In this document: one piece after another, positions 9,201-16,651 of the stretch
How positions within the stretch are numbered: position 1 is the first letter of the stretch
Layout: every line of letters starts with the position of its first letter
Origin: a virus
Taxonomy: Duplodnaviria; Caudoviricetes
Virus record (IMG/VR): IMGVR_UViG_3300015050_001160
Span: 1 to 30,252 of that record
Length of the DNA: 30,252 nucleotides
Strand: one strand, 5' to 3'
Translations under genes and position numbers: made by a program
Notes under the pieces: generated by a model
Told to the model about the DNA's origin: nothing
Database searches by the model: none
The model's input: only the letters and a program-made list of their open reading frames with translations

Positions 9201-12200
9201 GCGGTCCCGGGCAAAGGCCCAGGCTACATGGCGATGAACGCCGTGGCCCGGCGCGCAGCCGAGATCGTCAGCGAGAAGACCGGCGACAGTTGGTCGGCGG
9301 CCGAGGTGCAGGAGACCGTGTGGTCCTGGGCCAAGACCCTGTACGAGAAGCGCGACGCCGCTGGAGAGCGCCGCACGACCAAGGAGATCATGGCCGCGGG
9401 CGACCTGACGGCCGAAGACATTGGCTCGACGCCCGATTTTGCTGTACTGTTCGTGGACGGCGTCTTCCGCCGCATCTTGGAGGCCGGAGGCTATGGCGCA
9501 GAACTCGACGCTCTCGACGCTCGTGGACAACCTGCTCGGCGGGATGGAGCAGGAGGCGACCCGCGCTCAGTCGAAGGCACAGGGTTTGATGCAGGTGACT
9601 TCGGGCGTTATGTCGACCAAGCCGCCGCGCGCCTCGAAGAACTCCGCGCCCGCCGTCGCGAAGGCGCGCCCGCGGAAACCCCGCAGCTCTCGCTCTTCGA
9701 CCAAGGCCCGGTAGGCGAACAGCCGCTCGAAGGCCAGCCCCAGGTCGTCAACATTCCCGGCCGAGGCCGGACGGTCTTCGGGCCGTTCAAGGCCGCGCGC
9801 GACGCCGCGCGCAAGTACATGGCCGACGCCGGCCTCGCGTTCACGCCGCCCACCACATACGCCAAGGTCGACGAGGCGCGCGCCAAGCGCATCGCCCAGG
9901 CCTTCGAGGACATGAAGCACGACCCGGCCGACCCGCAGGTTGCGGCGGCCTATCGCGCCATGATCGACGAGACCCTGGCACAGTGGCAGGCGATCAAGGA
10001 CACGGGCCTGAAGGTCGAGTTCATCCGGGGCGAAGACCCCTACGCGGCGACGCCGCGGCTGGCGATCCTCGACGTCGTCGAGAACAACCACCTGTGGGTC
10101 TTCCCGACCGACAGCGGCTTCGGCTCCAGTGACCTCGACGTCAGCGACAACCCGCTGCTGGAGAAGACCGGCGAGGTGATCGACGGCCACGAGCTGGTGG
10201 CCAACGACGTCTTCCGCATCGTTCACGACTACTTCGGCCACATCAAGGACGGCAACGGCTTCAGGGCCGACGGCGAAGAGAACGCCTGGCAGAGCCACGC
10301 GGCAATGTACTCACCGCTCGCGCGCCGCGCCATGACCACCGAGACCCGGGGCCAGAACAGCTGGGTGAACTTCGGGCCGAAGGCCGAGTTCAACCGCACG
10401 GCGTCGGCCAGCGACACAGTCTACGCCGACCAGAAGATCGGTCTGCTGCCCGAGTGGGTGTCTTCCGAGGGTTTCCTTGGCGGGCCTACGGGCACGGCCA
10501 ACGGCACCCCCGCCACCGAGACCGCAGCTTTCAAGGCCTGGTTCGGTGACAGCGTCGTCAAGGACGAGGCCGGCAAGCCGCTGGTCGTTTACCGCGGCCA
10601 GCACAGCGGCGCGTCCGACCCGGAAACGCGCCTGGGCTCCTACACCTTCGGGGACCGCGCGACGGCGTCGCTCTACGCGATGGAACCCAACGACGCCACC
10701 CAGGACCGCGTGGCCGAAGCACCCTTCGTCATCCCCGCCTACCTGTCGATCCAAAAGCCGATCCTCAACCAGGCCGACGGCGACCCTTACATCGACTTCG
10801 ACAAGCTGGTTGACGCTCTGGGCCTGGACGAAACCGTCGCTATCCTCCGCGCCGACATGGACCTGCGCGATGCCGCCGAGAACACCTCGGCCTGGCAAGA
10901 AGGCCCGGGCGAAGAGTACGCCTCGATCAGCGAGATGCTGGACAAGGCCCCGGCTCGGGTCCGCGAGCTGGCCGCGCTGGCCTTCAACGTCCTCGACAAA
11001 CCCTCGGTGGTCGCCGCCCTGAAGGCCGCGGGTTTTGATGGCGCGGTCCACGGAGGCTTCGGCGAAAATACGGGCGAGACCGAGTACCGGGTCTTCGACC
11101 CCGCCCAGATCAAATCCGTCTTCAACAGCGGCACCTTCGACCCGGCCGATCCGCGCATCCTCTACCAGGCCGACCCCTTCTATTCGGCGCTGGAGCGCGC
11201 CGTCGAGACCAGCTCCCTGACCAAGGCCCCGGCCGCACAGTGGAAGGCGACGCTCGCCAAGACGCCGGGGGTGAAGAAGGAGGAGCTGGAGTGGTCGGGG
11301 ATCAACGACTGGCTGGACACTCTTGAGCCGGGCTCGACGGCGTGGCTCGACAACGGGATCGAGACGGTCGACGCCAAGGGCAACATCAGCCGCGAGGCCG
11401 TCCTCGGTTTCCTGCGCGCTGGCGGCGTGCAGGTGGACGAGGTGGTGTTGGGCGATCCGGTCTCCGAAGACCTGCTCTCCTCGTCGCGGCTGGCCGATGT
11501 CGATCTTCTGGCCGAGGACTACTTCGCCGCCGATTGGGCGACCGCCATGTCCTTGCAGCAGAGCTACAACAGCGAGCCGCCGACGCAAGAACAGATGGAC
11601 GTCACCCGCGACCGGCTGCGCGCGGCGGCCCGACGCCGGGCTGTCCGCGAGGTCGCGCCCGATCTCGAAACACCCACCGCCTTCCAGACCTACAAGCTCC
11701 CCGGCGCGGACGACACCTACCGCGAACTGCTCATCACCCTGCCCAACATCGACGGCCCGTCGACCCATTGGGACACCGCCAACGTCGTCGCCCACGCCCG
11801 CGTCACCACGCGGACGGACGCCGAGGGCAAGCGCGTGCTGTTCCTCGAAGAGCTTCAGAGCGACTGGCACCAGAAGGGGCGGGATCAGGGGTACGAGACA
11901 CCCGCCGACCCGGCGCGATCCGAGCCTGCTCGCCGGGCGATGGAGGCCTCGGAGCAAGGCGTCCGCGATGCTCTCACCAAGGTGGCGGCCGAGGGCGGGG
12001 AGGCGTTCCAGCGGGCGCTCGCGGGGCGCGAGACGATGCGCGGTTCCACCTTGGACTGGCTGGTCGGTGCTGATGCTGTGGCCCAGCGCGTCTTCTCGGG
12101 AGACCTCGACAGCGCAGCCAAGCGCGCGGTGGAGGACACTCTCGGCGTCGACCGGTACCTTGAGCTTCGCGCCGAGTTCTTGGACGCACAGCAGGCCTAC

Positions 12201-15200
12201 CGCCTGCGCGTGGCAGAGCTGCGGGTCGCCGAGGGCGGCCAAGACGGCATCCCCGACGCCCCCTTCCGCACCAGCTGGTCGACCCTGCTCATGAAGCGGA
12301 TGATCCGCTACGCCGTGGATAATGGCGCGGAGAAGATCGCGTGGATCAACGGCAACCAGCAGAACGGCGGCCAGACCGGGGGCGACGGCTCCTTCTTCTA
12401 CGAGCGCAATCTGGTCAACGTGACCAACGACCTGCTGAAGAAGTACGGGACGCGGGTTGAGCCTGTCAGCTTCGTCGACCCGCGCCTGCAACCCGCGCTC
12501 GACGTGCTTCTGAAGGACCGCGACGCCTTCAGCGCGGCGACCGGCGTCGATGAGAGCGCCACCTACCAGGTGCCCATCGAAAACATCACGCGCAGGCCCG
12601 ACACCCTCGGCATCCAGAACGGCTTTGAGATCACGCCGCAGCTGGCCGAGGCCGCGCGCGCGGGCTTTGCCCTGTTCCAGCGCAACCGTGGCCAGATCGC
12701 TTTCGGGGCCGACGTCAGCCAGTCGCCGAGCGTCATCAGCCTGCTGCGCGCCGCGGACCTCTCGACATTCATCCACGAGACCGGGCACTTCTTCCTCGAA
12801 GCCACGGCGCACATGGCCAACCAGGTCGACGCGCCGGCCGACATCGTCGCGGACATGAGCACCGTGCTCAACTGGTTCGAGCCGGGCATGACCCAGGCAC
12901 AGTGGAACGGCATGTCGCTGGAGCAGCGTCGCCCCTACCACGAGAAGTGGGCGCGCGGTTTCGAGGCCTACCACTTCGAGGGCCGCGCCCCGAGCCTGGC
13001 CCTGCGGGACGTGTTCCGCCGCTTCTCGGCCTGGCTCAAGAACGTCTACAAATCCCTGACCGCCCTCGACGTCGAGCTGACCGACGAGGTCCGTCAGGTC
13101 ATGGACCGGATGCTGGCCAACGAAGCCGAGATCAAGGAGATGGAGCAGGTCCGCGGCCTTGCGCCGGCCTTCGCCACCAAGCCCGAGTTCGCCTCCGAAG
13201 CCGAGTGGGCCGAGTACCAGAAGCTCGGCGTCGAGGCCACGGCCGAAGCCATCGAACAGCTGGAGACCCGCTCCGCGCGCGACATGCGCTGGGCCTCGGG
13301 TGCCAAGGACCGCTACGTCCGGTCGCTGCAGCGCGAAGCCGAAGAGCAGCGCAAGGCGATCCGCGCCGAGGTGACCGCCGAAGTCATGGCCGAGCCGGTC
13401 AACCGGGCGCGCGCGTTCCTGCGCCGCGGCCTGGGCGAGAACGGCGAGCCGGTCGAAGGCCCGACGAAACTGGACCTGGAGACGCTCAAGGCGCTCTACG
13501 GCGACGCGCCTGCGCGCCCGGCCGGACCCGTCGGCCAGTTCGCCACGCCGGCCGAAGGCCCGACCTGGACCAAGCTGCGCCGCGGCGGCAAGTACGGGGA
13601 GGTCGCCACCGACGGCCTGCACCCCGACATCGCCGCCTCGATGTTCGGCTACCCCAACGGCGAAGCCCTGATCGAAGACCTCGTGAACGGCGAGGACAGC
13701 GCCGACAAGATCAAGGGCCTGACCGACCAGCGCATGCTCGAACGCTACGGCGACCTGTCGTCGCCGCAGGACATCGAGCGCGCGGCCAACGAGGCCGTGG
13801 CCAACGAGGCGCGCGGCAAGTTCGTGGCCGCCGAAATGGCGATGGCCGACAAGGCCATCGGCAAGAAGTCGATCCTGAACAACGCCGCCAAGGAGTTCGC
13901 GGCCCAGGTCGTGAACCGACTGGAGCTGAAGCGGCTGCGGCCGGCGCAGTATCTCGCCGCCCAGGGCCGCGCCGCCAAGGCCGCCGACAAGGCGCTGAAG
14001 GCCGACGACCTGCCTGCCTTCGCCACGGCCAAGCGCAACCAGCTCATCAACCTGCACACCGGCCGCGCCGTGCAGCAGGCCCAGAAGGACGTCGAGAAGA
14101 CGATGCGGTTGTTCACGCGGATCGTGAGCGCCAAGGACGACAGCATCTCGAAGTCGCGCAACATGGACCTGGTCAACGCGGCTCGGGCGATCCTGTCGTC
14201 CTACGGCGTTGGCCGCGTCAAGAACGACCCGGCTGGCTACATGAAGGCGCTGGCCGCCTACGATCCGACGCTCTACGCCGACATCGAGCCCTTCGTGAAC
14301 GGTGCTCGCGGCGACGCCAAGCCCGTGGTCGACCTGACCTACGAGCAGTTCCAGGCGCTGCGCGACACCGTCAACCAGCTCTGGGTTCTGTCGCGCCGCA
14401 CCAAGCAGATCGAGATCGACGGCAAACTGATGGACCGTGCCGTGGTCACCGCCGAGCTGGGCCAGCGTCTCGAAGACGTCGGCATCCCGGCCCAGGCCGG
14501 GCTCGACCGCGCGCCGACCGACAAGGACGTCGTCGCTCGTTACCTGCTCGGCACCCGCGCCGCGCTTCGCCGCGTCGAGAGCTGGGCGCGCGGCGTCGAC
14601 GCCGCCGACCGCGGCCCGTTCCGTCGCTACATCTGGAACCCGATCTCGGCGGCGGCCGACGCCTACCGCGCCGAGAGCGGCGTATATATCCGCCGCTTCC
14701 GCGCCTTGCTCGACGACATGCGCGCCGAGCTGAAGCCGGGCGACATCAAGGCCCCGGAGATTGGCTACACCTTCGGCGGCAAGTCCGAGCTGTTCCACGC
14801 CCTGCTGCACACCGGCAACGGCTCGAACAAATCCAAGCTCCTGCTCGGCCGGGGTTGGGGCAAGAAGCTCGAAGACGGATCGCTCGACGATACCCGCTGG
14901 CAGTCGTTCGTCGACCGCTTGCACGCCGAGGGTGTCCTGACCGCCAAGGACTGGACCTTCGTCCAGGCCGTGTGGGACTTGCTCGAAGAGACGAAGCCCG
15001 GCGCGCAGCGCGCTCACCGCGCGATCTACGGCCGGTATTTCGACGAGGTCAGCGCCGACCCGGTCGACACCCCGTTCGGCCAGCTCCGCGGCGGCTACGT
15101 CCCGGCGTTGACCGACAGCTTCCTGGTGCAGGACGCGGTGCTCCGCGCCGAGCAGGAGGCCATCGAAGGCGGCGACAGCGCCATGTTCCCGGCCGCGTCC

Positions 15201-16589
15201 AACGGCTTCACCAAGTCGCGCGTCGAGGACTACACCCGCGAGCTGGCCCTGGATCTGCGCCTGCTGCCGATGCACATCGACAAGGTACTGAAGTTCACGC
15301 ACCTCGGCCCGCCCGTGCGCGACGTCGCCCGGCTGCTCAAGGACCGGGGCTTCTCCAAGAAGCTGCAGGCCTTTGACCCGACGGCCCAGAGCGACCTGCT
15401 CTTGCCGTGGCTGCAGCGCGCCGCCAAGCAACTGGTCGAGACCCCGTCCAAGGGCTTCGCCGGCAAGGCCGCCGACCGCTTCTTCAGCGCCGTCCGCAGC
15501 CGCGTCGGCATGCAGTTGATGTTCGCCAACGTCGTGAACACCGCGCAGCAGGTCACGGGCTTCTCGAACGTGATGCTGCGCGTCAAGCCCGCGGTCGTGG
15601 GCGACGCCCTGTGGCGCTACGTCCGCGACCCGAAGGGCGTGTCGGACGCGGCGACCAGCCAGTCGGTATTCCTCGCCAACCGGATGAACTCGGACATCTT
15701 CGAGGCGCGCCAGGTCATCACGCAGCTGACCAAACTGAACCCGTCTAAGAAGGACGAGGCGGTCGACTTCCTGAAGCGGCACGCCTACTTCATGCAGTCG
15801 GCGCTGCAGAACGTGATGGACGTCGTCAGCTGGACCGCCGCCTATAACCAAGCCACGGCCAAGGGCGAGGACGCGCGGGAGGCTGTGCGCTTCGCCGACA
15901 GCGTGATCCGCGAAACTCAGGGCACGATGGCCCCCGAGGACGTCTCGCGCTTCGAGACCGGCGCGCCGTTCATCCGCATGTTCACGCAGTTCGCCGGCTA
16001 CTTCAACATGATGGCCAACCTCAACGCGACCGAGGTTCAGATCACGGCGCGCAGCGTCGGCTTGAAGAAGGGCATGGGCCGCCTGTTCTACGTCTACCTG
16101 ATGGGCTTCGCGATCCCGGCGCTGCTCGGCGACGCCATCGCCAAGGCGCTGCGCGGCGGGTGGGAAGACGAAGACGACGACGGCTACATGGACGACATGT
16201 TCGCCTGGTTCTTCTCGTCGCAGGCCAAGTTCGCTCTGGCCGCCGTGCCGGTGGTCGGGCAGGCGGGCAACGCGGTGCTCGGCACGCTGACCGGCGCGCC
16301 ATACGACGACCGTCTGGCGCTGTCGCCGGCTGTGTCCGTCATCGAGAGCGGGCTCACCGTTCCGGCCGAGGCATACCAGACCCTGGTCGAGGGCGAGAGC
16401 TTCAACCGAGCCGACGTGCGCAACACGCTCAACCTGCTGGGCGTCCTCATGGGCACCCCGGTCGGTGCGCTGGCGAAGCCTGTCGGCTACGGCGTCGGCG
16501 TCGCCCAAGGCGACATCGAGCCGACCAGTCCGGCGGACGCAGCGCGCGGGGTTGTGACCGGCGCACCGTCACCCGAGAGCCGCCAGTAA
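6222..16589 (+). CDS. Giant ejection protein / large polyvalent protein (3455 aa) with ART-like, GNAT-like and HExxH peptidase modules
   Basis: Single ORF with strong codon bias in the gp16 position. ART-PolyVal-like motifs (AFKAWFGDS.V.D..G.PLVVY.G...GFDG...EY.VFDP.QIKS) and a HETGH...EKWARGFE.Y zincin motif. Confidence 0.9.
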   Translation: MALEDQDPAEELEAQRQRLANALRTGVVENPDALAADRAEAQRRGMPVSRLRAIREVNGALPPANYDPDLPARAPATSNFLSNPANAAVAHDDIESLTGLERIVARGFYSPEESRQLIAQTAARNAREQGQSAARTPLGRLLERQGPGGRAAANLLRGVAEGTSRLAGGLARVDQTLFGGIEDFARRQYDRVGIPIYDFRPDEQGRFSIQRVRPAADGTTRTNQMTRALETPAVGYEAGTTWEEVKARPLQNVIPYALESGLVSLPDMAAALAVLPAYVVARTGGIGQDRAQNDGREEATVADLVAALPAASASAFLERLGTMGILGVGDELVRGGVRGVLGASARAGLQEGITEALQSGVEYAGTNLGTEAGFNPVTALDQMAAGAVAGTPFGATVRAATATGEIALGRFSTQQQAAEAGDQAAQTLGELATLAEASKLNERDPQTFQQFIEQTSEGTPVENVYVEAQAFAQALNDAGVPLEDVVAAIPALADQLPAALASGGDLRMTAGEFATHIAGTDATAALLPHLRTDPFGMSQAQAKDFMATRGEALQAEVEAATAQAQATEELRAGRERVRQKIAADLDTTGRFTKDVNAAYATLPSAFYDVMGARLGITAEQAAERYPLRTSGEMPTSAGREVMDQETDTVDLIHFSDNEGMTASDPSKWGASRATQNSERERRNAGAPGRTYFGVKGVYNGEPATGIARRPFQYQAQVPASKLYNFDADPQGLKPTEGTPAEIATAYEKAIQAAGFSGYRSDAVVPGAVALFDKVEVSLANVMAQEPLTPEQATARAAKLADEIPGLKGLLPYLTTDEKAKLRRDTAAKIAKMVEDFPDAEEMAAVAYSGRAKKGWYENSAKAILEIFGAQDAPRFAALLAALSPQTSVEANAFNALATWTNWINAGRPTGQREIVKIMGESVQGKGTEESVLNAWINNSVTALTAENPNDITLSGPKVNSFMLNLVGVVDEVTNDAWMANYALVEQSVFKKTGAVPGKGPGYMAMNAVARRAAEIVSEKTGDSWSAAEVQETVWSWAKTLYEKRDAAGERRTTKEIMAAGDLTAEDIGSTPDFAVLFVDGVFRRILEAGGYGAELDALDARGQPARRDGAGGDPRSVEGTGFDAGDFGRYVDQAAARLEELRARRREGAPAETPQLSLFDQGPVGEQPLEGQPQVVNIPGRGRTVFGPFKAARDAARKYMADAGLAFTPPTTYAKVDEARAKRIAQAFEDMKHDPADPQVAAAYRAMIDETLAQWQAIKDTGLKVEFIRGEDPYAATPRLAILDVVENNHLWVFPTDSGFGSSDLDVSDNPLLEKTGEVIDGHELVANDVFRIVHDYFGHIKDGNGFRADGEENAWQSHAAMYSPLARRAMTTETRGQNSWVNFGPKAEFNRTASASDTVYADQKIGLLPEWVSSEGFLGGPTGTANGTPATETAAFKAWFGDSVVKDEAGKPLVVYRGQHSGASDPETRLGSYTFGDRATASLYAMEPNDATQDRVAEAPFVIPAYLSIQKPILNQADGDPYIDFDKLVDALGLDETVAILRADMDLRDAAENTSAWQEGPGEEYASISEMLDKAPARVRELAALAFNVLDKPSVVAALKAAGFDGAVHGGFGENTGETEYRVFDPAQIKSVFNSGTFDPADPRILYQADPFYSALERAVETSSLTKAPAAQWKATLAKTPGVKKEELEWSGINDWLDTLEPGSTAWLDNGIETVDAKGNISREAVLGFLRAGGVQVDEVVLGDPVSEDLLSSSRLADVDLLAEDYFAADWATAMSLQQSYNSEPPTQEQMDVTRDRLRAAARRRAVREVAPDLETPTAFQTYKLPGADDTYRELLITLPNIDGPSTHWDTANVVAHARVTTRTDAEGKRVLFLEELQSDWHQKGRDQGYETPADPARSEPARRAMEASEQGVRDALTKVAAEGGEAFQRALAGRETMRGSTLDWLVGADAVAQRVFSGDLDSAAKRAVEDTLGVDRYLELRAEFLDAQQAYRLRVAELRVAEGGQDGIPDAPFRTSWSTLLMKRMIRYAVDNGAEKIAWINGNQQNGGQTGGDGSFFYERNLVNVTNDLLKKYGTRVEPVSFVDPRLQPALDVLLKDRDAFSAATGVDESATYQVPIENITRRPDTLGIQNGFEITPQLAEAARAGFALFQRNRGQIAFGADVSQSPSVISLLRAADLSTFIHETGHFFLEATAHMANQVDAPADIVADMSTVLNWFEPGMTQAQWNGMSLEQRRPYHEKWARGFEAYHFEGRAPSLALRDVFRRFSAWLKNVYKSLTALDVELTDEVRQVMDRMLANEAEIKEMEQVRGLAPAFATKPEFASEAEWAEYQKLGVEATAEAIEQLETRSARDMRWASGAKDRYVRSLQREAEEQRKAIRAEVTAEVMAEPVNRARAFLRRGLGENGEPVEGPTKLDLETLKALYGDAPARPAGPVGQFATPAEGPTWTKLRRGGKYGEVATDGLHPDIAASMFGYPNGEALIEDLVNGEDSADKIKGLTDQRMLERYGDLSSPQDIERAANEAVANEARGKFVAAEMAMADKAIGKKSILNNAAKEFAAQVVNRLELKRLRPAQYLAAQGRAAKAADKALKADDLPAFATAKRNQLINLHTGRAVQQAQKDVEKTMRLFTRIVSAKDDSISKSRNMDLVNAARAILSSYGVGRVKNDPAGYMKALAAYDPTLYADIEPFVNGARGDAKPVVDLTYEQFQALRDTVNQLWVLSRRTKQIEIDGKLMDRAVVTAELGQRLEDVGIPAQAGLDRAPTDKDVVARYLLGTRAALRRVESWARGVDAADRGPFRRYIWNPISAAADAYRAESGVYIRRFRALLDDMRAELKPGDIKAPEIGYTFGGKSELFHALLHTGNGSNKSKLLLGRGWGKKLEDGSLDDTRWQSFVDRLHAEGVLTAKDWTFVQAVWDLLEETKPGAQRAHRAIYGRYFDEVSADPVDTPFGQLRGGYVPALTDSFLVQDAVLRAEQEAIEGGDSAMFPAASNGFTKSRVEDYTRELALDLRLLPMHIDKVLKFTHLGPPVRDVARLLKDRGFSKKLQAFDPTAQSDLLLPWLQRAAKQLVETPSKGFAGKAADRFFSAVRSRVGMQLMFANVVNTAQQVTGFSNVMLRVKPAVVGDALWRYVRDPKGVSDAATSQSVFLANRMNSDIFEARQVITQLTKLNPSKKDEAVDFLKRHAYFMQSALQNVMDVVSWTAAYNQATAKGEDAREAVRFADSVIRETQGTMAPEDVSRFETGAPFIRMFTQFAGYFNMMANLNATEVQITARSVGLKKGMGRLFYVYLMGFAIPALLGDAIAKALRGGWEDEDDDGYMDDMFAWFFSSQAKFALAAVPVVGQAGNAVLGTLTGAPYDDRLALSPAVSVIESGLTVPAEAYQTLVEGESFNRADVRNTLNLLGVLMGTPVGALAKPVGYGVGVAQGDIEPTSPADAARGVVTGAPSPESRQ

Positions 16590-16651
16590 TCGGTATGTCT
16601 AAGGCCCGACCCCGCCTCTAGGATCGCGCCCGTCCTTCGGAGCTTTCAACC

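Noticed and set aside
12902-15376. 824-aa alternative-frame plus ORF (also 961-2469, and 25600-27366 on minus)
   Set aside because: Arg/Pro/Gly-rich shadow frames produced by GC3 bias, overlapping well-supported genes.
10311-16508. 2065-aa antisense ORF (also 4005-8180, 16646-19399, 1892-3301 and 25593-27206)
   Set aside because: These are in codon register with the sense genes. Antisense stops require TTA/CTA/TCA sense codons, which are rare in high-GC genes; this ORF ends at a rare TCA at 10311. No recognisable motifs.
16590-16651. Phage-specific late promoter before the tail fibre
   Set aside because: I could not find the same motif repeated in other intergenic gaps, and there is no clear sigma70 match.
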